64,000 bases of DNA from Antedon mediterranea (taxonomy: Eukaryota; Animalia; Echinodermata), in contig NC_092676.1 of the NCBI RefSeq assembly GCF_964355755.1, forward strand, positions 10,765,888 to 10,829,887, given 5' to 3'. The stretch's first letter is position 1. Each line of letters opens with the position of its first letter. A program made the translations under genes and the position numbers. Below the pieces are notes generated by a model. That model had not been told where the DNA came from, searched no databases, and saw nothing but the letters and a program-made list of their open reading frames with translations. Of the stretch, positions 1 through 25,594 are shown in pieces.

Positions 1-235
1 TCGTAATTTGTATATAAATAAAATAATAAAAATAATGACGTGATTTCAACAAAGCACTAATTCGCGTATGTAACGCGAGTTAAAGACAAATAAAGCATTT
101 AAAATGTATTCATGACAATTGACATCTACGATACATGGGTGACATTTTGTAGCAATAACATTTCAACCATAACTAGTAATGAGAATTTAAGTTTCCCTGT
201 CTTTTGGTCATGTCCATTTTTTGTAACAAGTGTTA

Positions 236-414
236 TGCTTGGTTTCCACTAGCGACGCAACACAAGGACGTAACGCAATGCAAGTGAATTGACCAATCAC
301 AAGCGATGGCATATTCGCTTGTGATTGCTAACTGTCTATAACTTCGCTTGTCATTGGTTAAAACGCTTGCGTTGCGTTTACGTCCTTGCGTTACGTTCTA
401 GTGGAAACCAAGCT
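236..414. mobile_element. PIF/Harbinger-type MITE
   Basis: TIR GCTTGGTTTCCACTAG / CTAGTGGAAACCAAGC; internal palindrome; TTA on both flanks. Confidence 0.75.
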
Positions 415-649
415 TTACCGATATTCTTTGTTCTATCGCAGCAAAATTTACTCTCAAGGTTATTGTTGAAAACAACAAAACACTATTCAACTACCCAATA
501 AAATGTAACGCTTGTTGTGGAATAACCCATTTTAATCAACTTTGATTAGTAACAATTCACTTTACATGATGATGTGCTATGCCCAAAACATGTTTTAAGG
601 CATTTTTTAAAAGTTAAAAGTTTGATTTTATCTACAGTATTCATATACT

Positions 650-1282
650 CTGCCTAGATGCAGCTCTTTGATTTTAAAAATTTTCAATATTTTAACTTAC
701 TTCCGAGCATTTTAGGGGAAACTGTTGTATTAGACTAAATAGAAATGTATATGTTCCAAACAATTTGACACCAAAAGTAACGCTATACGATAAATATTTC
801 TTGAGATACGGTAAAAGATATGAATAGGTCAATAAGAGGTCAATAACCTCACTTCCGGTCATTTTGGGATAAAATATTTCATTACACCAAATAAAAATAT
901 GCATGTTCTGAACAATTTGGGCCTAATCTCAATTCTCTATGACAAGCCGTTACCGAGATATGATAAGACCAGGTCAAAGGTCAAACTACCAGAAACTGTA
1001 GTAGCAGTCATTTTTTGATAAAATTTTCTGTTAGAGCAAATAGGAATGTATATACTGTGAACTATTTGACACCAAAACCAATACTCTATGACAAGCGGTT
1101 ACAAAGTTATAGACTAATTAAAATGGCAGCCATTTTGGACGCCATCTTGGATTTCTCGGAGAGCACAAGGAGGATTTTTCAGGACTTTTAGTATGATGTT
1201 CCAATCATAGTTCTGGACCTTTCCTGCAAAAATTAGCTTGTTACCAGAAATGTCCGGGTCAAACCCTAATGCTCTTGGACTA
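650..1282. mobile_element. Right arm of an Academ-type non-autonomous element
   Basis: Ends GGACTA like the elements ending at 57764 and 61233; carries the same AAAATGGCxGCCATTTT and GGTCAAAGGTCA motifs; left end not identified. Confidence 0.4.
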
Positions 1283-1323
1283 AATATCTAATTGTTTCAA
1301 CAAAAATGATTAATATAATTTAC

Positions 1324-13748
<12,425 letters not shown>

Positions 13749-14997
13749 TATTTGTTGAATTTACTGTGAAATGTGAAAAGAAAGTAGCTTAAAATGTTAT
13801 CAAAATGTTAGGAGGTAAATTATTGGAAAAAAAAAGGAAACCTGTAAATCATTATCTGAAACAAAATTTAAAGGTAAAAATAAGGAGACAAACACATATT
13901 GAGAATTTGATGTTTTGATGCCCTACCATTTTTAAGGAAATTGTTGAAAATGATCAATAGTTTGAATGGATTTTATTAAAAAAATATTAAAAACACATTG
14001 AAGCTTTTTTTTTCTTTAAGTTTAAGTAAGTAAATTCATTGTACTTTGTAAACATATAAAAAAACGTTTACATTGAAATGAATTGAACGGTTTCAGCTAA
14101 CAATAAAAAAAATAGAACTTTAAAACTACATGATGAAACTATTGCCCGCCGGACACCATCCCGGTATTTCTAGAACTGGTTTCAGGGGTTGGTGAAAAAC
14201 TTAACCATGCCGGATATCATCCGGTATTTTTTGGGGAAGTACAAACTTAACGTAAACATGTGTTGTTGGGTAGATAGAAAGAAAAAAATGACATGTGAGA
14301 CATATTCTCAACACAATGCATAAATTGCCTATCTAAATTGATAGTTTGAACATTTGTCGAAATACTAACGAAAACAAAAATGAAATAATGTACTTGGCAA
14401 TTGTATGACCCACTATAAGACCCCTGGGAGAGGTACATCATTTGTCCGATGTGCGTCATACAGTACCTTATGAATAGGGTCATTCCATACCAAATCACCC
14501 AAAAAAAATGAAATTTTAAACCCTACTTTCTTCAAATTTGCTCAAATTTGGTTTTTGGGTTATTTTTAGCTAAAAAACCTGAAATTTTTAATTTGAGCGC
14601 CATACGACCAACGGTTCGCGCGCTACGCGCCGTCATTTCTTCGCGATTTTGCGCAAAATCGACGCGGCGGGCTATACTTAAATAACCGTATCTCCGTAAC
14701 GTGTGGACCGATTTTGTGGTGACAGGTATCTTTGGAAAGCTAATTGTTAAAGCTATCCAAATCTTCTATTTACTATTGAGATAGAACTATTTAAAAGATG
14801 TATAACTTATTCTGTTCCATTTGACCTAGGATTTGACCTTGTGGGACAAATTTTTTTTGGATGAAATTTTGTGAAAATTATCTCCTACATGATATTTACA
14901 TAATATAAAAAAATTGGAGATATATTATTTTTTGTTTGCTTTCTAGATCATTTCAAAGTTGGCTTACTTCAACAATTCTGGTATTTCTATACAGTGT

Positions 14998-15482
14998 TTC
15001 AAGTTTCAAGTTTATTGTTTCACACACAACAATACAATAGAACAGTAACATAAATTAATAAAAACAATTGTGTGAGGAGGACGCATTAAGCCAAGGCTTT
15101 AAGTTTGGTCCTCCAGATAATTAATATATTTAATTATTTAATTTAAGTGAGAGAACAAAAATAAACTTCTTTCTTTCGTCAAATTGACAAATAAAATTAA
15201 ACAAAAGGCACAAAAAAGAAAAAAAAAAACAGTCTTAAGGCAATTGTGAATTACTAATGTTCTAAATAGTTTGAAATAAGTGTTTGTTTGTATTTTGTTT
15301 TAAATGTATTTATGATGGTTATTGCTTTTAGATTGAGCGGTAAGTTGTTCCATATATACGGTCCATTGTAAATAAAAGATGTTCTTCTAAGTAATATGGT
15401 ATGCTTTTCGTATATCATTTTTTGCAGTTGAAGATCTGGTGTTGTAAGAATGATTAAAATTTTGAAAATAGATGTATTGAAA
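14998..15482 (-). mobile_element. 5'-truncated CR1/L2-group LINE 3' end inserted in the left arm
   Basis: SFIYNGPYIWNNLP...FKTKYK ORF2 tail; TTGAAAC-repeat 3' end; absent from the right arm. Confidence 0.7.
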
Positions 15483-15830
15483 TGTAGATGTATTGTCAAC
15501 ATTATATCACTACCAAATTTACCTCTTAATACTATGGGTGTCACTGTCAGATTATTTAAGACTATAACAATGCTTTAATTATATTTTCATGCTCCATACA
15601 AAATAATTATTACTTAGGTAAACATCTGTACACCATTTGACTACGGTACCCCATTTGGTTAGCCAAGGATGTACCATCAGTTTATGGCACTCTTTTCACA
15701 CTTTCAAGCAAATTGAATCATTTTTTTTGTTTGATGATAACTTTGAAAACATTGATTGTTCTTTGCTGTTCATCATTATTTTACATTTTTGTTCATTGTA
15801 TTTTGTTCACTTATTTCTTCACTCATAATT

Positions 15831-16790
15831 AGGCTATAATTACGTTATAAACGGCATGGACCGGGGTGACGATACGTGGGTTGGGGCAAGTAGGGTCCAG
15901 TCATTTCAAGTGAAAATACCACTTGCCCCGGTCCATGCCGTCTAGCTGCCATTTTATGCAATTTTAAAACATTACTACAATTTTAACGTTTTTATAAAAA
16001 ATGCAATATAACCGCATAAATTTATAGGGCTATAATTACGTTATAAAACGGCATGGACCGGGGTGACGATACATGGGTTGGGGCAAGTAGGGTCCAGTCA
16101 TTGCATAAAAATACCACTTGCCCTGGTCCATGCCGTCTAGCTGCCATTTTATGCAATTTTAAAATGTTACTACAATTTTACGTTTTTGTAAAAAATGCAA
16201 TATAACCACATGATTTATAAGGCTATAATTATGTTATAAACGGCATGGACCGGGGTGACGATACATTGGTTGGGGCAAGTAGTAGTAGTCAATGCATAAA
16301 AATACCACTTGCCCCGGTCCATGCCGTCTAGCTGCCATTTTATGCAATTTTAAAACGTTACTACAATTTTATGTTTTTGTAAAAAATGCAATATAAATGC
16401 ATGATATATAGGGCTATAATTACATTATAAACGGCATGGACCGGGGTGATGATACATGGGTTAGGGCAAGTAGGGTCCACTCATTTCAGAAAAATACCAC
16501 TTGCCCCGGTCCATGCCGTCTAGCTGCCATTATATGCAATTTTAAAACGTTCTACAATTTTACGTTCTTATAAAAAATGCAATATAACCTCATGATTTAT
16601 AAGTCTATAATTACGTTATTTAAACGGCATGGACTGGGGTGACGATACATTGGTTGGGGCAAGTAGTAGTAGTCATTGCATAAAAATACCACTTGCCCCG
16701 GTCCATGCCGCCTAGCTGCCGTTTTATGCAATTTTAAAACGTTACTACAATTTTACGTAATTATAGCCCTATAAATCATGCAGTTATATT
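15831..16790. repeat. Tandem array of about 5 x 193-bp units with internal palindromes
   Basis: ACGGCATGGACCGGGG...CCCCGGTCCATGCCGT recurs at about 15851, 16047, 16240, 16431 and 16624. Confidence 0.9.
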
Positions 16791-18732
16791 GAGTTAAATT
16801 GTTTTGTATGGAGCATGAAAATATAATTAAAGTATTGTTATAGTCTTAAATAATCTGACAGTGACACCCATAGTATTAAGAGGTAAATTTGGTAGTGATA
16901 TAATGTTGACAATACATCTACACTGTATAGAAATACCAGAATTGTTGAAGTAAGCCAACTTTGAAATGAGCTAGAAAGCAAACAAAACATAACATATCTC
17001 CAATTTTTTTATATTATGTAAATATCATGTAGGAGATAATTTTCACAAAATTTCATCTAAAAAAAATTTGTCCCACAAGGTCAAATCCTAGGTCAAATGG
17101 AATAGAATAAGTTATACATCTTTTAAATAGTTCTATCTCAATAGCAAATAGAAGATTTGGATAGCTTTAACAATTAGCTTTCCAAAGATACCTGTCACCA
17201 CAAAATCGGTCCACACGTTACAGAGATACGGTCATTTAAGTATAGCCCGCCGCGTCGATTTTGCGCAAAATCGCGAAGAAACGACGGCGCGTAGCGCGCG
17301 AACCGTTGGTCGTATGGCGCTCAAATTAAAAATTTCAGGTTTTTTAGCTAAAAATAACCCAAAAACCAAATTTGAAGAAAGTAGGGTTTAACCCATTGGG
17401 TGATTTGACATGGAATGACCCAATACCATGACGCACCTGTGTGTCAAAAATGTGACTTGCCTTTACTGTAGGTGACCATGACACACCCATGTTGATGCAC
17501 TGTGGCCATGTTGTTTATGATATGGTGGGTGGTACCTAAAAGTGACGGACATTGACATACCATTGTTCATTGATGTTACAGTACCTACCATCTATTTTTT
17601 GATTTGTATAGTGGGTCATACAATTGACAAGTGTATAAACTCAAACAAAAATACAAAATAACCAAATAAAATAATAAAATGCTGAAAACCCAATTGAAAC
17701 ATATACCGTACCATATTTATTCAAATAAATGACGTTTATTTCTTTGGGTGTAATATAATACAGTTTGGTAACATGCATCATAGTGAAACTATAATCAAAT
17801 AAATTTTCCATAAAAATATCAAGAAGTAAAAACAGTAAAAAAAAATGCTTTGTTAATTGTAGATAATATGGGAATTCAATGAATTCTACAGTACTAAGCC
17901 TACAAATAGAATGTGTGTTTATGCATGTTGCAAGGAAGTGATGGCCAACAAAATACTGTACATCCTCTTTAAACTTTATTTTAGCTACCAGATAATTACT
18001 TAATTAGGTCTTACGGTGAAGCTGAAACATTTTTTCCCGTTCCTCATTGAGCATATAAGAACTTTCATCTATTGTTAAACTATAATAATATAGGAATGCT
18101 TGAGCCAAAAGTGAGAAATATTGATTCAAAAACGATAAAAAATAAAATTTCTGCTGTTGCCATTTTCCATCACATGACCTTAATTTGACCAATCGTGCGC
18201 AATATATTTTCAACCTTATGTCGTATTTTTATGTACAGCGAATGCGACGAAGCGTGACGTGAAATTACGAGACGCCGTATTCTGGACATTTTTTTTTACT
18301 TGCGTGGATATCACAATGCATTGCATATTTTGAACTATCATTTGCAATTATAATCTTAATTTTAGAGTAAGAACCAATCATTTAATAATAATCCATTTAT
18401 CCATACGAAAGATGATACCTGTTGTACTTTCACTTTCCAAAAATTAAGAGCGTATCAAAGGAGCTGGTTTATTATTCAACTGAATCTTACCAACATTTTT
18501 CATTTTTCACCCGCCGCCACCCACAGCTGCTCACTGACAATGGGGAGGAGGAGCCAGTTTGATCCTCTTTGAATCCATCTGGCCTCCAATGTGTGAAGTT
18601 TATAAGCTACTGTAATAAACGTCATCCATGACGATTCTTTAAGTCCGAAGTCATTTTCCAGAATTCAGAGTATTCATAAAGTTAAAGTATTTTCCCGTTT
18701 TTTCATTCACATTTCGCTAAATAAAACAGAGT

Positions 18733-19476
18733 GAGATGTTAGAGGGTGATGCAAGATTCGCGAGAACCGACATACAGTATTACCCAATTCTCCTTTTTTT
18801 AAATACATACATTCTAATATCAAGTTTTTTTGGTGGAGAGTGCTTTCTCCTCCGAACCACTGCACATGTGGGTGGAATTTTAACAGAATTGTGAGCATGC
18901 AGTCGTGAGCTTTAAAGCCATGTGAGCACAATTGGCCAATCACAGTGCAGGATATGGCATTTGACGTTAAGGAAAATATTTTTGTTTATATCACTAAAAG
19001 TCGTTATCATTATTATTAGAATGAAGAACAACTGAAATCAAACTAGAGATGTTAGAGTGTGATGTAAGATTCGCGAGAACTGACATACAGTATTACCCAA
19101 TTCTCCTTTTTTTAAATAAATACATTCTAATATCAAGTTTTTTTGGTGGAGAGTTTAGTGTACGGTAGTTACCAGATATTAATAAAATCTCTGAATTATT
19201 TGTTTTTATATTACTCTTGTAACATGCCAAATCTCAATACTGTATACTGTACACTACTCTCGCGTTGTGTCCTGCTTTCTCCTCCGAACCACTGCACATG
19301 TGGGTGGAATTTTAACAGCATTGTGAGCATGCAGTCGTGAGCTTTATAGCCATGTGAGCACAATTGGCCAATCACAGTGCAGGATATGGCATTCGACGTT
19401 AGGAAAATATTTTTGTTTATATCACTAAAAGTCGTTATCATTATTATTAGAATGAAGAACAACTGAAATCAAACTA
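18733..19476. repeat. Tandem duplication of about 313 bp; second copy has an extra ~120 bp
   Basis: GAGATGTTAGAG...AACTGAAATCAAACTA occurs twice head-to-tail. Confidence 0.85.
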
Positions 19477-19514
19477 AATATTGATACACTGACAATGACA
19501 TAATTTTGGTCATA

Positions 19515-19917
19515 GGGTCATTCCATACCAAATAACCCCAAAAAAATGACATTTTAAACCCTACTTTCTTCAAATTTGGTTTTTGGGTTATTTTTAGCCA
19601 AAAAACCCGAAATTTTAGCGCCATACGACCAACGGTTCGCTCGCTACGTGCCATCGTTTCTTCGCGATTTTGTGCAAAATCGACGCGGCAGGCTATATTT
19701 AAATGACCGTATCTCCGTAATATGTGGACCGATTTTGTTGTGACAGGTATCTTTGGAAAGCTAATTGTTAAAGCTATCCAAATCTTCTATTTACTTTTGA
19801 GATATAAAACTATTTAAAAGATGTATAACTTATTTTATTCCATTTGACCTAGGATTTGACCTTGTGGGACAAATTATTTTTATTTTAGATGAAATTTTGT
19901 GAAAATTATCTCCTACA
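19515..19917 (+). mobile_element. Solo truncated arm of the 14477-17421 element
   Basis: Direct-orientation copy of 14477 to about 14890. Confidence 0.85.
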
Positions 19918-20935
19918 GACAATCGTATTCGATTAGTATCTATGTATCCGAGAAGTGTGTACGCTAGGTTAAAATATTATTATGCTATAATCACCTGGAG
20001 AATATACTAGTCGAATACCGTACAACATGTGGCCGCCAAGAAGGGCTTGCGCTGGGGGTACGGCGGTCGGCGATCGTGCGTATAACTATAAATAAATACT
20101 AGGCCTATTCCAATCGTAAACGTTTACAAATGAAATTTTATCGGAGCGCCTAAAACAGCTCCATAATAAACAAATCTTTTCATCATATTTAGTATAACAT
20201 CACGCTAAAATGCCTTGAAAACTAGGCAGAAGCAGGTTGCCGTTACGTTAGTACACTGTAGCTAGGCCTAGCCTACTCAGGCCTAGCCAACGAGGTGACG
20301 ATATGTACACTGTGTGTGGTGAGGCATTTATGTTCGGTGTATAAGACGCACCCTTAATTTAGAGGTCAAATTTGCGTGTCAAAAGTGCGACTTATACACC
20401 GAAATATACGGTAGTTGTACAAGACTATTTTTTTTTTGGGTGGGGGGGAGGGGTCCTCGCCCTCCAAAATTCGTCCGAGGGCTTTTTGCGCATGTTTATC
20501 CCAATGCCAAAAATTCCCAAAAAGTACCCGTCTTTAAATGATTCGTAACTTTTGAACCAGTGTGTGAATTGGTTTTTTTTTTGCATTGCATAGAATGTAA
20601 TATGTATTTTATAGATTTACTGTATATTGACATAAAATATTGTTAACAAATATTTAAAACGTAAGTATACATTTTTTGTCTAATTCTAGTATATATTATA
20701 ATTATAATCATATATTATATTTTAATTGATTTTCGAACCACAAAAAATAAGAATTAAAAACATTTTTAAAACGACTTTCTAAAAAAAAGAACACATTACA
20801 ATTCATTCAAACCTGAAAACAAAAATTATTTATAAATAATGAGATAAATATTTATATTTGCTGTACTTAAAAAATAACGATCTAGGTTAAAAACAATGTC
20901 AATACTGTAGTATAATTAGAAATTCCAATATTCAA

Positions 20936-23900
20936 AACTAGAATTTAATTCGTCACTTTGACGAATTATAGGTGATCATTTTTATTATTTTAATGAAATT
21001 AACATTTTTTAAACATGCACGTACGTTAACATACGATCGTAAAAAGTTGATGTACGCCATCCTATGACATGATGCATATACACTTATAGTGCTGAGTTGT
21101 ACCTATTATGTTTCATATACAACAGTATATACTGTATATCTATATACAGTGTAGCATAGGTGAAATTACGGGACCCACATCATGTTCTAAATTTTTGGTA
21201 TGATGGAATTATCAAATTAAACTCGAAGATGACAATTTCGAAAGATAATGAATTGAGCAAATAAATATAAGGATTGGAAGAGAATTTGACACGTAGAAGC
21301 GCAATGCGCGCTCTTTGAAATTTGTATAACTTCAACTAAAGAAATTTAAAAACTACTTTTTAACTTCAACTGGCCATAAGATAACGTCACAACATCCAAT
21401 AGGCTTAATTTTTTCATGAATTCATATCTACATTTCATCAGCTTTCATAATAAATTATAATTTTCAAGGTCACCTTTAATTCTGAAGAGCTGTAAGATAT
21501 TAAAATGTATGGTGTAGCTGAAAATGCACGACCTAGGTTATTCAAGTTTTTACGCATGATGACGTCATCAAAATGAAAATGTTGACAACTCATGAGAAAG
21601 ATAATTAATTGAGCAAGCACATACTAAAAGTTGAGCTAAAATTGGGTTCAAATAACGGAGATGCGCTCTATTGAATGTGATAACCCACACAAAAAGATAA
21701 AAATTTCTAATTTTTAAATTCAAGTGGCCATTTGATGACGTAATACCATTTTGTACGTCTAATGTGTATATACATTTATATCTACAACTCAATGGCTTCC
21801 CGAATAAGTTAAAAAACTTAGGGGTCATCGTGCATTCTGAAGAGTTATTTTCATTTTAAAAAGGCCTTATTTTTTACCATTTTTAGCACTTTTGTACAAT
21901 TAATGTGTGCATTTTGTCATTTGTAATGTGCTCATAGAGCACTATTTTAAGTGGAAATGGACTCAAATTTGGTGAATGTACTAAGGATTGTGAGTAGATT
22001 GTGATTTATACATCAAATTTTATTTTTTACGCTTTTTACGAATCGCGTGCGCAAAAACGTGTTTTTGCGCAGTAATTTTTTGAAACACGCAAATGGCCTA
22101 ATTCATGCTCTAAATTGATCAAAACCTAATTTTGAGCTTTTTAAAATTTTAACGCGCGATTTCATGCGCATGACCTTGAAACTCGCAGGTTTTTATTTGC
22201 TAATATTTTTTACCTTGACCTGAAGTTTACATGTAGTGAATTTCATTAATATGTGATAATGAATTATGGAGATATGATTGATAATGTGATTTCACAAAAT
22301 GGCGTATACGTGTTGTCACGGATGAGTGATCACGCTGAAAACCTTATTAGGACTAAGTTACAGTATTTGAAAGACATTGTGAAATTTTGGTAATCATTGA
22401 CATTTAACTTTTTGAGATATTTGTTAAACAAAAAGTGTACAGAAAGAAGAAGAAGAAGAACTAGACATGAAACTCGTCACTTTGACGAGTTAGTTATCCG
22501 CACGACAAACGCCACGTGCACGTCATACGTTGGAATATTGCACACAGAAAAAGATTATGGCATTATGACCTGAACTGATGAATATGATATGTTGTTAGTG
22601 CTGAATTCTGTTATTTTGTGTCATAGTATACACAGTATAACCTGTATACATATCACATACAGTGAAGAATAGGTGAAATTACGGGACCCGCTCTTTATTC
22701 CAATTTTTAACATGGCGACGGTATCAAAATGAAACACTAAGATAGCAAATTCGGAAGGAAAGTATATCAGTAAGCACATATTAATGTGTAGAAGAAATTT
22801 AAATACATAAAATATAGATGCGCGCTCTTTTAAATGTGATGAACTATTACGCAAAATATGAAAATATGACTTTTTTTATTCAGCTGGCCATATGATGACT
22901 TCACAACATCCGATTGGCAAAATGTTTACATGAATTCGTATCTACAATCCAATAGCTTCCAGAAAACGTTGTAATCATGATTATCACTTTTTATTCTGAC
23001 GAGCTATAACAGATTAAAATTTACTGTAAAGATGAAAATATGTGACCCCGGATATTTAAATTTTTAGACATTATGACGTCATAAAAATTAAAATATTTTT
23101 AACTCATGCGAAAGAAAATTGATTGACCTAGACAATATAAAAATCAAAGTGAAAATGAAAAACGGATAAGTGGAGATGCGCTCTATTAAATGTGATAAGC
23201 TATGACGAATGATACAAAAATCCTATATTTTATATTCGTGTGGCCATACGATGACGGTACAATGTCCGGTTAGCCATATTAAAGCATGATCAGATATCTA
23301 CAACTCATCAACTTCCAGAATATGTAATAAAAATAATTTTTACCGTTTAGTTTAGAAACTACGACTGTTTAAAAAAATGCATTATTTTGACGAATTTGTT
23401 AACTTTTTTATCAAAAACGCGCACAAATTATCCAATTCGGCGTGCTCGTATGACGTAATTTTAAGTCGAAATTGTTTAAAAGTTGGTAAAATTACTAGAA
23501 AAGGCTGAAAAAACATAAATCACGTGGAAAAAGTATGTTTTTAACGCTACGTGCGCACCGCGCCCGTAAAAATTTGCGCATGAGTGGGAATTTTTGACAT
23601 GCTCAAAATGACAAGAAATGCGTAGAAAATTGATTAGAAATTGATTTTTCGAATTTAAAAATTTTAAACGCGCGTGCGCGCGTAACTTCTTGTAAAACAT
23701 GCCATTTTTTGTGCACAAAAAGTTTGCCCTTGATATGACTTAAATTTTCACAAAGTGCAAAAAAAAAATTACGCTTGGTTTTAAATCTATGATCAATTTA
23801 AAAAAATCATAAAATCATGCGTAAGTCACGTTGCGTAACTATGACGTCATTCAAAAATAGGAGGTGCACAACTTCACGTAAATGCCCATATGTTGACAAA

Positions 23901-24125
23901 GTTATGAAATGTTATGTTTACCCATTTTAGAGATACGCTCTGCACAAAAAGTGAGGGAGAAAGACTGAAGAATAATGAAAAAAAAAAGACACAGGACAGT
24001 TACAAGGAGTTATCCGCATTTAGACACAGGACAGTTACAAGGAGTTATCCGCTAAATGCGGATAACTAATAAAGATTTGATACAATAACAATAGGTGATC
24101 ATTTTATTCTAAATGATCACCTAAT
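20936..24125 (-). mobile_element. HINE-type element (outer)
   Basis: AACTAG terminus, hairpin AATTCGTCA-CTT-TGACGAATT, subterminal TAGGTGATCATT inverted at 24111-24123. Confidence 0.7.
22459..24070 (-). mobile_element. Related HINE-type element nested in the outer one
   Basis: AACTAG, hairpin AACTCGTCA-CTT-TGACGAGTT, subterminal AGTTATCCGCA / TGCGGATAACT. Confidence 0.7.
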
Positions 24126-24983
24126 TAACTAAAAACATAATAGAGACTATGGCAAGCCAAGTCCGCCAAAAGTCCTCAATCCATACCATTCAACAACAAT
24201 ACATTCATGTAAACAATCAACGTAAACCTATATCATTCACCCTCTAGCCACACCATTTGTTATCATTTCATTCAATTCATTGTCAAGTAAAACCATTCAT
24301 TGTCAAGCCATGCATTGTCATGTGAAATCATTCATCGTCAAATCAACCCATTCATCGTGAAGTCACATCGGTCGCCGTCAAGTCAAACGATTCATCGAAA
24401 AATCATTCATCGTGAAGCCAGATTGTTCATCGCGAAACCAAACCCTTCACCGCGAAGTCAAATTGTTCATCGCCAGACCAATCACCGTGAAGCCAAACCA
24501 ATCAAAAAAGAGCGTTTTCATTAAAATGTGTCTACAACTTAGCGCGACTAAAATAAAACGCGACTGATATTATTATTAAACGTATTCCTAACATGACAAA
24601 AAGCGTATCTAGCGGCGCTCCATATAAATGTCATACAAATGACCGGATGTTGATTTTATCGCGACCGATTTCATCTGACACCCAAAATACAGCATATCAC
24701 ACAGAAGCCAGGCCTAGCCTGCTATATAAATAATAAACTCTCTATTTTCTCATCGATCTTTCTGTTGCTGAGCCTGCCAATTCATGCGTGCCGACCGCCT
24801 CGCTCTTTCCAAAAAGTCTTTGTGTACTAGCCTAGGCCGCGCGCCTCCTGCTGTAGGCCTCTCTGCTGGGCCTAGGCCGCCTCATCCTTCTTTTAGTTTT
24901 GCTACATATAGTATTTGCTATATTTTATTTATAAAGATTCAGAAAATTCCCACACTTTTAATATAGTTACTCTTAATTCTTAC

Positions 24984-25180
24984 CTTTTTGTTGTTATAAA
25001 AAAACTGTTTGATTGACCGAGTTGACTGGCTGCTTGCTTTGTGTGTGTGTGTCGTGTGTATGTTTCTTTTTCAATTCTTTTCTCACGGGCGTACAACATC
25101 ACATCACAACCCGTCGTCCTCGAGAGTAGTAGGTTGTTCTCCGTCCCTATTTTAACGTTCCCGGTCGCCATTTCTATTGT
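24984..25180 (-). other. Probable KDM1A first (5' leader) exon
   Basis: Strong donor AG|GTAAGA at 24983; CpG-richer region; AAATGGCG (YY1-like) near its start; the first coding exon has an upstream acceptor and so needs an upstream exon. The link is inferred. Confidence 0.5.
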
Positions 25181-25534
25181 GATCGGTTGAGTCGCCCTTA
25201 TTGGCCAAGTTTATAATAGTGTTGAACATCACTCCCCAAAACGCAATATTTATGTATTTTATATAATTAGTAAACAATAAAATTAAAATTTACACCAATT
25301 TAACACATTTTTTTTTGAGTAGGCCTAGATAAAATTTATTTTGTACTGAAGTTATGTATTAATAGATAAAAATAAAGTTGAGCTTGTGTCTATTTTCATA
25401 AAAATTACCAACAAATGATTTCCAGAGGTTAATCACTGAGGTCAATCACTAATGATCTTTGTTTTGATTTGGGAGATTTGAAGCACAAACCTTTCATTCA
25501 ATTTGCTCAAAAAGCCATAATACTTCATCATTTT
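25172..25534. promoter_or_regulatory. Candidate bidirectional promoter between KDM1A and the HDX-like gene
   Basis: Two divergent first exons under 400 bp apart; inverted CCAAT (ATTGG) at about 25200. Confidence 0.45.
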
Positions 25535-25543
25535 ATGTTTGCT

Positions 25544-25594
25544 ATGGAAGTAGATTTTGTAGGATCTGCCCATCCAACAACTGAACAGATCCAG
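25544..25594 (+). CDS. HDX-like exon 1 (MEVDFVGSAHPTTEQIQ)
   Basis: ATG (in-frame alternative at 25535); donor CAG|GTATGA; phase 0 fits the next exon. Confidence 0.6.

Larger units (their letters stand above)
14477..17421. mobile_element. Sola2-like foldback element with about 600-bp inverted arms
   Basis: GGGTCATTCCAT...ATGGAATGACCC termini; 4-bp TSD AATA on both sides; arms near-identical. Confidence 0.75.
14391..17633. mobile_element. Outer MITE hosting the foldback element
   Basis: ACTTGGCAATTGTATGACCCACTATA versus TATAGTGGGTCATACAATTGACAAGT. Confidence 0.6.

Noticed and set aside
15831-16790. CRISPR-like array or hammerhead ribozyme
   Set aside because: Whole units repeat with no unique spacers, there are no cas genes, the DNA is eukaryotic, and no CTGANGA core is present on either strand.
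18418-18700. Alternative KDM1A leader exon (donor-like sites at about 18418 and 18490)
   Set aside because: Possible, but no clear acceptor or other support; not called.
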